NCBI GenBank assembly: GCA_051532055.1
Contig: JAOPTX010000090.1
Span: forward strand, 366-22,786
Origin: Fibrobacterales bacterium
GTDB lineage: Bacteria; Fibrobacterota; Fibrobacteria; Fibrobacterales; JAOPTW01
Length of the DNA: 22,421 nucleotides
Direction of reading: 5' to 3'
The position numbers and the translations under genes are program-made. This document shows, in pieces, positions 1 to 9,436 of this stretch. Numbering within the stretch: position 1 is the stretch's first letter; every line of letters begins with the position of its first letter. The notes under the pieces are model-generated. The model was not told the DNA's origin and did not search any database. It was given only the letters and a program-made list of their open reading frames with translations.

Positions 1-66
1 TACGGGAGCGGTGCTATCATCAACTGAATCATCTGTGCCATCAGCTACGGGAGCGGTGCTATCATC
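1..66. repeat. Coding direct repeat with a 45-nt period (15 aa unit containing DDSTAPV)
   Basis: tacgggagcggtgctatcatc is identical at 1-21 and 46-66. The array may continue beyond the window edge. Confidence 0.8.
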
Positions 67-828
67 GTTAGTATCTTCATCGGCGGGATCAATACTTTCA
101 TCACCATCATCGTCTTCAGTATCACTCACAACCTCATCAACATCACTATCTGATATCCCTTCTTCATCTAAGGCAGACTCACCACTAACCTCTTCTCCTT
201 CAACAACATCACCATCATCTGGCAGAGAACTAGCAGTACTCTCAGTACCACCAACACCCACTTGCTCATGGCTCTCTTCACCCTCCGACAACTCAGAACC
301 TACTCCTCCCGCCAATCCTTCAAGTTGCGCTTCGCTCCTAAAAGCTGGAGTAGCATCACTCGTTGAAGAGTCAAGACTTGTATCACTTTGCTCAACTTGA
401 TTTACCTCAGGATTATCCTCATTCCCCTCTCCTTTACCCAGAGGTTCACCCAAAGAATCCTCTTGAATTGCACTTCCATCAATGTGTCTATCGGCTCCAT
501 CTGAAGAGTCATCATTTGAATCTGTACTATTTTGTCTAACGCTGACGGGGGTACTATCATCATTTGTAGTAACAATGGGGGTGTTTTCAACTTCCAATTC
601 AGTAGTGGCTGCGTCACCATCTATCTCATCGTCTTCTTGATCTCTATTTTCTGCATAGGCATTAGGAACCGAGGCTACAACATCTGAGGCATCCGAATCA
701 GGAGATTCTTTGAGTATAACTCCATCAAATTCCCTGCCACCCAATGTCTTTTCATCAACCTCATTAAATAGGGTCTGCTCATCAAACTCTTCATCGCTTT
801 TTTTTGGTGATTTATTCTCTTCCGACAT
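1..828 (-). CDS. 5' part of a large, highly acidic (D/E/S-rich) low-complexity protein; runs off the left edge
   Basis: Not in the ORF track. Read by hand: ATG at 828 preceded by GAGGGG, then 276 open codons to position 1 (MSEENKSPKKSDEEFDEQTLFNEVDEKTLGGREFDG...EDTNDDSTAPVADGTDDSVDDSTAPV). No signal peptide. The Ser-rich + strand ORFs 11..400 and 710..940 are its antisense shadows. Confidence 0.85.
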   Translation of the reverse strand, partial: MSEENKSPKKSDEEFDEQTLFNEVDEKTLGGREFDGVILKESPDSDASDVVASVPNAYAENRDQEDDEIDGDAATTELEVENTPIVTTNDDSTPVSVRQNSTDSNDDSSDGADRHIDGSAIQEDSLGEPLGKGEGNEDNPEVNQVEQSDTSLDSSTSDATPAFRSEAQLEGLAGGVGSELSEGEESHEQVGVGGTESTASSLPDDGDVVEGEEVSGESALDEEGISDSDVDEVVSDTEDDDGDESIDPADEDTNDDSTAPVADGTDDSVDDSTAPV

Positions 829-1124
829 AACCCCTCAAGTGTGCAAGCCTACCTGCCCTATTAGTTTATTATATACTAAGAAACGATGGAACGCCACCTA
901 TAGGCTTCACAACTCTGTTATTATTACAACTACTGGTTAAGAAGTGCCTATTCTACCCACTAAATCCATATATAGCACCTTCCCAGCTTCTTTAACAGTT
1001 TGTGAAACTTGACAACTTAAAGCCTTACCAAGTCTCCCATCTAACACATGTAAAACATAAATTTACACTATACTCCCTTACTTGAATTAAGGTATTTTAG
1101 ATCCATACTAAAGAGGGACACACA

Positions 1125-2612
1125 TTGAAACGTTTCACCATACTTGTTGCCACCATTGCATCGTTTTTTGCAGGGTGTACTTCTAACGAACCACTACTAC
1201 CCATACCTGATGAAATTCAAGTAACTTCATCAACAGGAGGACAACTCTCCTCCCCCACCCAAACTCTATCATCAATACAAAGTACACTGAGTAGTTCTCC
1301 GAGCAACAACCAGAGTTCAACCCAAACAATCAAAACGAGCTCCTCCTCGAAACAAACAATAGGGCATGAATCATCTTCAAATACCCTTGTAGTTGTTTCG
1401 AGTAGTCATGTGAATCAACCATCATCAAGTTTAGAGGAATTGAGTTCCACCGTATCATCTTCTCAGTCAACCCCTACCCTCTCATACTTAACAACAAAGG
1501 GAACGGTCATTGTAAATGCGAAAGGTGATACTGTCGCCCTTCGAGGCATTAATATTGGAGGCTGGCTCGTTACCGAAAACTGGATGAATGGTTTTACCGA
1601 TGCATCGGATACCCAGACTGACCGTTTTACCCTAGAAACCCTCGAAGAACGTTTTGGCGAAGATAAAGCAGATACTCTTTTGGAAGTATGGCGCAGTAAC
1701 TTTTTTACTGAAACAGACCTCGATCATATTCAAGAGTCGGGTATGAATCTCATCCGTGTACCCTTTGGATATAGAAATTTACAAAACAGAGATGGGAGTT
1801 GGAAAATGACTCTTTCCGGTAATATCGACTTTGGATGGATGGATTGGATCGTAACGAAAGCAGAAGAGAGAGGTTTGTATGTACTCTTTGATTACCACAT
1901 CTGGAAGGGACAAGAAGAAGGGAAAACTGACAAAATAGGTGATGAAGGAACAGATATCTTTAACAATGCATATCGATATATATCTTGTGGTGATGAAGGC
2001 GAAAAAAGGGATGCGCAAAACAATCACGCCATAGAAGTATTGACCAAGGTTATTGAACACTACAAAGGCAGAGGTGCTATCGCTGCAATTGAACTCATCA
2101 ATGAAGCCTGTGGCGGCACCTGGGCTTCTATACCTCTCTATGATGGAGTCCGAGAGATTGACCCCGATCGTATTCTCATGGCATGGGGCGACCCAATGCC
2201 CCAAACTGCAGACTGGTATAATGTCATCTATGGCCACCACCTCTATACTATTAATGGATCAAACTTTGATGACAATAAAACAGGTATTGATGAGCACATT
2301 AATGAGATGCTTGCAATGCAACAAACATACGACGTCCCTTATTACACTGGCGAATACCACATTGATCACGAGGACTCCCACCGTTACCTCCTTGAGCAAT
2401 ATGCCAAACATAATATTTCGTGGAGCAAGTGGACCTATAAAGGGGTGAATATTGGCAACTGGGCGTGTATGGTACTTCCCAATACCGTTGATATTGATGT
2501 GTTAAATGACTCCTATGAAACAATCGTTAATACCTGGAGTACCTTGTCATCATCGAATCCATGGTCAAATGAGAGCGTTCAGAGTGTATTAAAATATGGA
2601 GCGGGACTGTAA
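1125..2612 (+). CDS. Lipoprotein glycoside hydrolase family 5 (BglC/exo-beta-glucanase-like) with Ser/Thr-rich linker
   Basis: TTG start after GAGGG; lipobox FFAG-C; ~100 aa Ser-rich linker. GH5 motifs: LRGINIGGWLVTE, GMNLIRVP, LFDYH, IELINEA (acid/base Glu), HHLY, YTGEY (nucleophile Glu), WSKWTYK. Confidence 0.9.
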   Translation: MKRFTILVATIASFFAGCTSNEPLLPIPDEIQVTSSTGGQLSSPTQTLSSIQSTLSSSPSNNQSSTQTIKTSSSSKQTIGHESSSNTLVVVSSSHVNQPSSSLEELSSTVSSSQSTPTLSYLTTKGTVIVNAKGDTVALRGINIGGWLVTENWMNGFTDASDTQTDRFTLETLEERFGEDKADTLLEVWRSNFFTETDLDHIQESGMNLIRVPFGYRNLQNRDGSWKMTLSGNIDFGWMDWIVTKAEERGLYVLFDYHIWKGQEEGKTDKIGDEGTDIFNNAYRYISCGDEGEKRDAQNNHAIEVLTKVIEHYKGRGAIAAIELINEACGGTWASIPLYDGVREIDPDRILMAWGDPMPQTADWYNVIYGHHLYTINGSNFDDNKTGIDEHINEMLAMQQTYDVPYYTGEYHIDHEDSHRYLLEQYAKHNISWSKWTYKGVNIGNWACMVLPNTVDIDVLNDSYETIVNTWSTLSSSNPWSNESVQSVLKYGAGL

Positions 2613-2743
2613 TTCACTTAAAGATGTGCAAGCCCACACAGCACCTCGCCCACATCGTACACTAATCAACAGTGATCAAGTGAACAAAAGACAGCCATAA
2701 CAAGTTATTTTACTCAATTTACATATTTTTGTACACTCATACA

Positions 2744-2772
2744 TTGTAGTCAAGCCAAACATCTTGTACGTT
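2744..2772 (+). promoter_or_regulatory. Putative sigma70 promoter giving a leaderless TIGR02147 transcript
   Basis: TTGTAG (2744-2749), 17-nt spacer, TACGTT (2767-2772). The ATG starts 7 nt after the -10 box and no Shine-Dalgarno precedes it. Confidence 0.5.
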
Positions 2773-2778
2773 TGAGAT

Positions 2779-3621
2779 ATGACTACAATCTACAATTATT
2801 TCGATTACCGGGATTTCCTGAACGCCTGGCTCCTAGAGTACAAACAGACAGGAGCCAAAATTTCATTGCAGAGTATTTCGGAAAAAGCAGGATTTAGCTC
2901 TAAGAGTTACCTTCATAGAATTGTCACCGGCAAAGCACCCCTCTCATTAAAATCCTCGACCTCACTTGGCAAAGCACTTGAACTCTCTCCAGACGAGATT
3001 TCTTACCTTCAACTTCTCATACAGTTTAAACATGCAAAACATGATGGTGCACGTATGCAATTTTTACAAGAGATTGAACACCGGGCGAACACCCAAGCCT
3101 ACGCCCTCGAAAAGAGAAAATTTGACTACTTCAGTAAGTGGTATATCCCCGTCATTCGAGAAGTTGCAACTACCATTAATTTTGAAGATAACTATCAGAA
3201 ACTCGGTCGTACCTTAACACCGGTTATCTCAGCCAAAGAAGCACGAGAAGCAATTCAAACGCTCCTTGACCTGAATCTCCTGTCTAAAGAAGAAAATAAA
3301 TACATTCAGACCGACACCTTTATATCCGCCCAGGACGATCGCGCATCCCTCGCCTTACGCTCATATCAACGAACCATGATAGAGATGGGGCGTGACGCCA
3401 TAGAACGATTTGAGAAAGAAAACCGAAACATACACTCGATTACCGCAGGTATTTCCAAGGAGGGCTATGCCGCCCTCAATAAAGCGACTGAAGAATTCCA
3501 TAAAAAAATATTAAATATTGTAAACCAACACTCTTCTGTTGAACTCAGCTGCCAAATCAACACACAGCTTTTCCCCTTAACCAAAAATTTTGATTCAAAA
3601 GGAGTGCACTATGAAGACTAG
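2779..3621 (+). CDS. TIGR02147 family protein (N-terminal HTH + DUF4423), putative transcriptional regulator
   Basis: Family-typical N-terminus IYNYFDYRDFL; HTH segment SLQSISEKAGFSSKSYLHRIVTGK; YFSKWYIPVIRE; ISAKEAREAIQTLLDLNLL; C-terminal QINTQLFPL; 280 aa. Confidence 0.9.
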   Translation: MTTIYNYFDYRDFLNAWLLEYKQTGAKISLQSISEKAGFSSKSYLHRIVTGKAPLSLKSSTSLGKALELSPDEISYLQLLIQFKHAKHDGARMQFLQEIEHRANTQAYALEKRKFDYFSKWYIPVIREVATTINFEDNYQKLGRTLTPVISAKEAREAIQTLLDLNLLSKEENKYIQTDTFISAQDDRASLALRSYQRTMIEMGRDAIERFEKENRNIHSITAGISKEGYAALNKATEEFHKKILNIVNQHSSVELSCQINTQLFPLTKNFDSKGVHYED

Positions 3622-5749
3622 CACACTATTACTTACACTACTCAGCATCCTTATCATAACACACTGCGCTATTGTAAATGAAGACCCCAGTGACGCGTCA
3701 GGCGGGAGCATCACTGGAGCTACAACAATCCCAAATAATATAGCCACTAAGCGAGCGTCCTCCTCAGTTGTAGCTCTTATGTACCCTAGCGACAATCGAT
3801 ATCCGACCGAAGTGTTCCTCTACAATACATTGGACCCACAAACTGTAGTGCAACGAACAGAAGTCAATACTGAAGGATCATTTGCTTTTACCAATCTTGA
3901 CTTTGGTACTTATGATATTATGACCAACAGACAGGAGACAGGGTTTATCTATAGAAACATAATCCTCACCCCAGACCGAGCCGACGTCCATCTCGACTCT
4001 ATCCCCCTTAAAACCGTTCGAGAACTCAGCATAATAATCGACTCCGAAAAGACTCAGTCTGTTTATTTCTACAATCAATTCCTCACTGGGCATAGCACCA
4101 ACACCTACACCTATCGTTACATTGACTATGGAGACACACCCGACAACGCCACAACTCAAGAGCTCACTCTCATTCGGAAAAACATAGATGGCGACACCAT
4201 AGCGGTACAGTATAGCATCAATGACCTATTAGACTCTATACGCATTAATGACCCTATTATTGACACACTCATTATTGATACCATTATCGACCCCCTTCCA
4301 ACAGACTCACTTATAAACCAAATTGCCGTTGATACAATAATAGACACCATCATACCTTATCCCCCTATTGATACCCTTGGTGACACCACCCACACCAATG
4401 TAATCTACACCTGGATAGTCGACCGTGACGGCGGTGGGGTTGATACCAATTATGTGTATTCCGACTCCCTAGTACGCACCCCTGACTGGCTCAGTACCCC
4501 AATGAAAATTGTATCTCGCAATCCTTCAACGCTTCATAGATCAGAGAATGAAACTGAGCTCATTTTTATAAATTACACTCAACAAGCACTCTATCCCTAC
4601 GCTCGCGATTTTTTCTCTCAACAAATCATGCCCACATCTATTACTCGAGACCTCAACAAAATAGTCGTTGACAGCAAAGGAGCACTATCAACAATCATAA
4701 GAGCCAAGATATCTATCCTTAAAAAGCCTAACTGGGCGACCGTCTCAATAGAGCAAACTACCGCTGACCAATGTATTGACAATCCCATTGTTAAACTTTC
4801 GACATCTAAATGCATTGATTCAACAAGCTTTCAAGCAGACACAGTGATCGAACCATTTATCACCTGTAAAAGATCCTTACCCACTGACTACAATTTTTAT
4901 CCTATCTACAATAACTACGACTCAAAAATGCACATCACGTGGGACACCTATGATGCAGACATGCAAAACGAGTGGATATTTGTACAAGAAAACGCATACG
5001 GCAACAAAGACACCCTAACACTTACTACAACCCTCAAACCCGACACCTGTGATGGTGGCACCCTCGAAATCACCAACGACACCCTCTACTCTTGGATTGT
5101 ACACTATGGCTCAAACCCACCCGACACCCAGTCCATAAGAGCAAGCACCCTTCAATCACCACCCAACTTTGACACCATCCCCATTTCAATAGACTACTTT
5201 TATAGTAATTACCCAACCCTTACCCCTGACTCTGCCCGGATACACTACACCTATTCTGACACCGCATACAATTTTGACACCATAAAAGTCAACTACGGAA
5301 CCGACCCGTACACCTCTATAGACTTTGAATATCTTGCATTTGATACTGCATTATTCAAAAGCGACCTCTCTACAATACCCTTAAATAGTGGTGGTGATAT
5401 AACGTTTGTATACAATGGATTAGACTCTATCCTTGAAACACCCGACTGGGCTACCTTAGTTACCCATCAAAATAAAACTGCCTGTGGAAACCAAGACGTT
5501 TTTAATATCAATTTTAAAGGCAATACCTGTTCAACAGTCGACCCTGTAAACACATCAATACCCACCTTGATTATATGTCCTGTCTTCTCCCACCTTGGCA
5601 CATACTACCAAGAGCGCAATAGTCGAGCAGAATACACATTTAACACCTGTGATGTAGCAGCAGATAATAAGTGGAAAATAATCACCAAAAATGCCTATGG
5701 ATATCGCGACACAATCGAAATTCTTACGACACTAAAGGGAACTGAATAA
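3611..5749 (+). CDS. Large lipoprotein: carboxypeptidase-regulatory-like beta domain, DT-rich linker, two tandem copies of an unnamed domain
   Basis: The ATG at 3611 follows AAGGAG and is a better start than the track's TTG at 3590. Signal MKTSTLLLTLLSILIITH-C. TEVNTEGSFAFTNLDFGTYDI resembles the CarboxypepD_reg pattern. Overlaps the TIGR02147 3' end by 11 nt. Confidence 0.8.
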   Translation: MKTSTLLLTLLSILIITHCAIVNEDPSDASGGSITGATTIPNNIATKRASSSVVALMYPSDNRYPTEVFLYNTLDPQTVVQRTEVNTEGSFAFTNLDFGTYDIMTNRQETGFIYRNIILTPDRADVHLDSIPLKTVRELSIIIDSEKTQSVYFYNQFLTGHSTNTYTYRYIDYGDTPDNATTQELTLIRKNIDGDTIAVQYSINDLLDSIRINDPIIDTLIIDTIIDPLPTDSLINQIAVDTIIDTIIPYPPIDTLGDTTHTNVIYTWIVDRDGGGVDTNYVYSDSLVRTPDWLSTPMKIVSRNPSTLHRSENETELIFINYTQQALYPYARDFFSQQIMPTSITRDLNKIVVDSKGALSTIIRAKISILKKPNWATVSIEQTTADQCIDNPIVKLSTSKCIDSTSFQADTVIEPFITCKRSLPTDYNFYPIYNNYDSKMHITWDTYDADMQNEWIFVQENAYGNKDTLTLTTTLKPDTCDGGTLEITNDTLYSWIVHYGSNPPDTQSIRASTLQSPPNFDTIPISIDYFYSNYPTLTPDSARIHYTYSDTAYNFDTIKVNYGTDPYTSIDFEYLAFDTALFKSDLSTIPLNSGGDITFVYNGLDSILETPDWATLVTHQNKTACGNQDVFNINFKGNTCSTVDPVNTSIPTLIICPVFSHLGTYYQERNSRAEYTFNTCDVAADNKWKIITKNAYGYRDTIEILTTLKGTE

Positions 5750-5756
5750 CTCCTTT

Positions 5757-6218
5757 TTAAACTACAGCTTTCTTTAGCCTAAAAATTAAACCCATATGCA
5801 TTCCTTCATGATAAAGATTGAAGGAGATTGCATCATCAAGGGAATTAATTGGAGTCCCCGTTCCGGTTATAAATGATTGATATTCATTCTTATTAAGTTC
5901 GGCATAATCTTCCTTCAGTAATGGAGGAATACGTTTCAACTCGCATACTATATTTTGAACATCACTATTCCCTTCCCAATCTTTGGGAGAAGAACCTTTA
6001 ATAAATCGCGCAATGAGAGTATCAGACACATACATTTTTGACTGAGCTCGCTTATATATAAGTAACTGTTGCGTCACCAAACAGTGCCCAAGATGCCACA
6101 AAACATTATTGTTCCACCCTTCGGGAATTGAGAGAAGTTGTTCTTCAGAAAGCCCTTCGCAGGAGGCTATCATGGCAATTCTTGTTTGTTCTAACATATC
6201 TATTGGGTTCATACTCAT
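5757..6218 (-). CDS. DinB superfamily (DinB_2) protein, putative thiol transferase/metalloprotein
   Basis: LSEEQLLSIPEGWNNNVLWHLGH and FNLYHEGMHMG supply the His metal triad typical of DinB-like four-helix bundles; 153 aa. Confidence 0.85.
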   Translation of the reverse strand: MSMNPIDMLEQTRIAMIASCEGLSEEQLLSIPEGWNNNVLWHLGHCLVTQQLLIYKRAQSKMYVSDTLIARFIKGSSPKDWEGNSDVQNIVCELKRIPPLLKEDYAELNKNEYQSFITGTGTPINSLDDAISFNLYHEGMHMGLIFRLKKAVV

Positions 6219-6358
6219 CTCACTTCACATTCTCTATACACTTTCTAGGCAACAATGTAACAAGACGAGTGGAGTATCGCCACCGGAAAATGTTTAATGT
6301 ATAGTAATCATTTATTTTCTACAACTCTATACGGCCCTTAAAAGTGTAACGTTCAATA

Positions 6359-7606
6359 CTAAATCGAATCACCCGGCACCACACCAGTGGAATCAGGCGC
6401 AATATCATTACCTGGCTCTATGTAGTCAACAGCACCTTCACTATCATAAAATGTTGTATAATCAATTGTCTCATCATCGTGATAATGTATGGACTTCACA
6501 TAATTTGACGCTAAGTACGAGCTTTTCCCAGTATAAATGTATTCTATCTCTTTGCTCCCATTGGGATAGTAACTAATAGATGAATACAAAGTACTGGTTG
6601 GTAAATATTTGGTGACACTCTGCATCACCCCATTAGGATAATAGGCTATCAATTTTGACAGCGAACCATTTATATCAAATTGCCGCTCAATGGTCAAAAT
6701 ACTATCCGCAGTATAGACATAACAGGCGAGGGAATCCCCTTCCAATGTATTTCGATATTTGTAGAGCGTATATTCCTGTAGCAGTGAACCGGCACCAAAA
6801 TCGTAGCGCTCTACAAGCTTCTCTCCCTCATAGACGTATTCCGTACTATCACGGAGTGTAAGATCACCGGCATACGTGTATGCTCTCAGTAATTTTCCCG
6901 AATATTGATCACGAGAATAATGATCAATTGAAGCGAGACTTCCTCCACTGTATTCATCTCTCCTATAAAATGTTGAGTTTTCGTTTGATTCATGATAGGT
7001 AATGAGAGTGAGAACATCATTGATATAGGAACTTTTCACATAACTACTTGACAACAGTGTATCAGAATACACATACAGTGCTTGAGTTGCACTTGAATGA
7101 CTTGCGTTATTAGTTCTTCGACTCTCCTCAATCTTTCTCCCGAACCTATCATACTGCATTCCTTTAGAACTATACAAAAAACCTTCACTGTATTCATCGT
7201 CTCGAAGTATATTCCCCATCTCATCAGAAACCTTGTATTCTGCAAGCGCTTCTGCACCAGAGGGATAATAACGAATAGTTTTGTTTACTCGATAATTCAA
7301 ACTATCAGAATACATTTGTACATTACAATACATCCCCTGAGGAGTGAGTTCCACAATTTTTCTGCCGACACTATCTCGTATGGTAATTGCATAAATAGAT
7401 GAATCAACACCTGTTAATGTGGTATCGGGGAAACTATTAGCCACAATTATTGACTTTAAATGTTTTATCTGTCCATCATAGGTCATGAATGAACTCATGC
7501 CATATTCATTTTCAACAGTTGCATACTTTTCATCAGCACTACTATCATCGTTAGAATCAAATAAACACCCTGCAAAGAGTATTAAAAAAGGTAATAGAAA
7601 TTTCAT
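6359..7606 (-). CDS. Tyr-rich lipoprotein with MORN-variant/YD-like beta-hairpin repeats
   Basis: Lipobox LFAG-C; RBS AAGGA. Repeated YYPSG, YYPNG (twice), YDRFG, FDING hairpin motifs. Starts 9 nt after the upstream stop. Confidence 0.7.
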   Translation of the reverse strand: MKFLLPFLILFAGCLFDSNDDSSADEKYATVENEYGMSSFMTYDGQIKHLKSIIVANSFPDTTLTGVDSSIYAITIRDSVGRKIVELTPQGMYCNVQMYSDSLNYRVNKTIRYYPSGAEALAEYKVSDEMGNILRDDEYSEGFLYSSKGMQYDRFGRKIEESRRTNNASHSSATQALYVYSDTLLSSSYVKSSYINDVLTLITYHESNENSTFYRRDEYSGGSLASIDHYSRDQYSGKLLRAYTYAGDLTLRDSTEYVYEGEKLVERYDFGAGSLLQEYTLYKYRNTLEGDSLACYVYTADSILTIERQFDINGSLSKLIAYYPNGVMQSVTKYLPTSTLYSSISYYPNGSKEIEYIYTGKSSYLASNYVKSIHYHDDETIDYTTFYDSEGAVDYIEPGNDIAPDSTGVVPGDSI

Positions 7607-7615
7607 ACAGTATCC

Positions 7616-9433
7616 TTAGTTAAGTAATTCGATTGTTCTTTGAGAATAATTCAATCTAATCTCTTGATTGGACGATTCACCATCTAAACTATCATTATTC
7701 ATAGGTATTGGCTGTGGGTAACCTTTATGGCTACACTCTTCAAGTACATGATTTGAACAGTACTCTTTCATCTCTCTTTCGAGTGCCGGTGCAACATACA
7801 CTTCTTGGAGTAGCTTTTCATAAGAGTGGAGTAACCCTCTTCCACACCCTGGGTACCACTCTACAGCAGTACATGTTTCTAATACAAACGTGCTTAATCC
7901 ATACCGCTGCGGTACTTTTTCCCAATAATTATTACACAAAGTATCATTTTCAAAGTCTGTATAGAGACAATATTCAATCCAAGCAGAATCTAAGGCACCT
8001 TCACTCGGAACAAAGCCCTTCATTTGTCTGCGTAATTCCCGGAGATGTCGAGCCCTTAATAAATACAAATAGTCTTGTCCTGCTCTGAGATAGACACTGT
8101 CACCAAAAGCCAGTATTCCTGCACTACTATAGTCAGCAGAGTCTAACCCATAATACGTTTCAATCAAACCAGTTAAAACAGTATCTTGAAGCTCCCAATC
8201 ACTCGTATATTGAGTAACTGATTCCTCTCTGTTCCCTTCTTTTAAATTTCGGAAAATGATACTTCGTTGACACCCCTTTACCGAATAGTTAAGATCGTCA
8301 CACATTGTGTGATACTCAGCAGCACATTGACTTTCAAAAACCTTATCCTTATTAAAATCTGAAAAGCAGGCATTCCACATATACTCGCTATGCTTTATAT
8401 AAGGGAATATCCCACTGCTATCCGGTTTTAAAAATAGTATCGCCGAATCAAGGGCAACCCCAACGAACACTCCCGTACCACCCGTTATATTGGTCCATAC
8501 ATCGCCCCCATAATTATAAGTCCCCCGTGCTTTAAGGTTCTGATGATAGCGTTTATAACCATCTGAAAAACCCATGAGCACCACAATATTCTCGCCCGGA
8601 CTAAAATAATTGAGCTGATGCATTTGAGATGTATAATTAGGGTCATCATCGATAGATACAGGACAGTTAAATTCATTATGTATCTCAACCGGGTCACTAC
8701 TTGTAGTATGAAAAACAATAGAGCCATCCATTACACGATCTTCATAATTACCATACTGACGACGATTACTCAGATAATAATAATCCTTAGTCTCTTGGAG
8801 GACAATACAATATGACTTAACCTCTGGCGAAAGATACCGTATATTAAAATTAAAATAATCAACAAACGACCTATCGGTACTATCAATATAATTATAGTGA
8901 TAGTTCGAGTACAATTCTTCTATGGCCCTGTACGAGCCACTACTCACCGACTCATGCCAATCCAATTCAACATACCGAGGAATAGAAACCGCTGCACTTA
9001 TTTCAGCATGGGATTCAACACCACTGCTATCCCAATAAAAATCAGCATGTAACTCATAGCGCTCACCCGCAATGGGTACTATCGAGTCATGAGCAGTAAA
9101 ACAATTTTCATTATCACTACGCGGATCCAGTAAGAGAGGATATTTTGACGAATGAAACACCTGCCCTGTCCAAGAGGTACTATAATCATCATTAAACAAA
9201 CCGAACAGTGTAACCCGTGCCGAATCATAAAATGATCGCCCCCCAATAGAGAGTTCATTTACCGAATACACTTTATCAAAACAAATGTCTTTAATGGATC
9301 TACCCTGATATAACACAGCATGTACAACAATTCTTGAACTCGCCTCTTCATTTTTCGGTTCATACTCCCAGGGGCCATTCACATCACAAGCCATCAACGT
9401 CACCAGTACACACAATAGCACATATCGTATCAT
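7616..9433 (-). CDS. DUF4249-like lipoprotein with a C-terminal Cys-rich extension
   Basis: Lipobox LMA-C; IVVHAVLYQG, PIAGERYELH and TNITGGTGVFVG match the DUF4249-type pattern. Lies 3 nt downstream of a TonB-dependent receptor, the usual context for this family. Confidence 0.7.
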   Translation of the reverse strand: MIRYVLLCVLVTLMACDVNGPWEYEPKNEEASSRIVVHAVLYQGRSIKDICFDKVYSVNELSIGGRSFYDSARVTLFGLFNDDYSTSWTGQVFHSSKYPLLLDPRSDNENCFTAHDSIVPIAGERYELHADFYWDSSGVESHAEISAAVSIPRYVELDWHESVSSGSYRAIEELYSNYHYNYIDSTDRSFVDYFNFNIRYLSPEVKSYCIVLQETKDYYYLSNRRQYGNYEDRVMDGSIVFHTTSSDPVEIHNEFNCPVSIDDDPNYTSQMHQLNYFSPGENIVVLMGFSDGYKRYHQNLKARGTYNYGGDVWTNITGGTGVFVGVALDSAILFLKPDSSGIFPYIKHSEYMWNACFSDFNKDKVFESQCAAEYHTMCDDLNYSVKGCQRSIIFRNLKEGNREESVTQYTSDWELQDTVLTGLIETYYGLDSADYSSAGILAFGDSVYLRAGQDYLYLLRARHLRELRRQMKGFVPSEGALDSAWIEYCLYTDFENDTLCNNYWEKVPQRYGLSTFVLETCTAVEWYPGCGRGLLHSYEKLLQEVYVAPALEREMKEYCSNHVLEECSHKGYPQPIPMNNDSLDGESSNQEIRLNYSQRTIELLN

Positions 9434-9436
9434 ACG

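Noticed and set aside
11..940. Track ORFs 11..400 (+), 402..620 (-) and 710..940 (+)
   Set aside because: Antisense or off-frame shadows of the long acidic minus-strand ORF starting at 828.
840..2634. 10-bp direct repeat TGTGCAAGCC flanking the GH5 gene (840-849 and 2625-2634), a possible target-site duplication
   Set aside because: 10-mer matches are expected by chance in 22 kb, and there is no transposase, integrase or terminal inverted repeat.
3590..3610. TTG start at 3590 for the large lipoprotein
   Set aside because: ATG 3611 has an AAGGAG RBS and yields a proper signal peptide.
6359..7606. RHS/YD toxin or YwqK toxin-antitoxin interpretation
   Set aside because: No RHS core signature (DPxG), no toxin domain and no adjacent toxin gene; only generic hairpin repeats.
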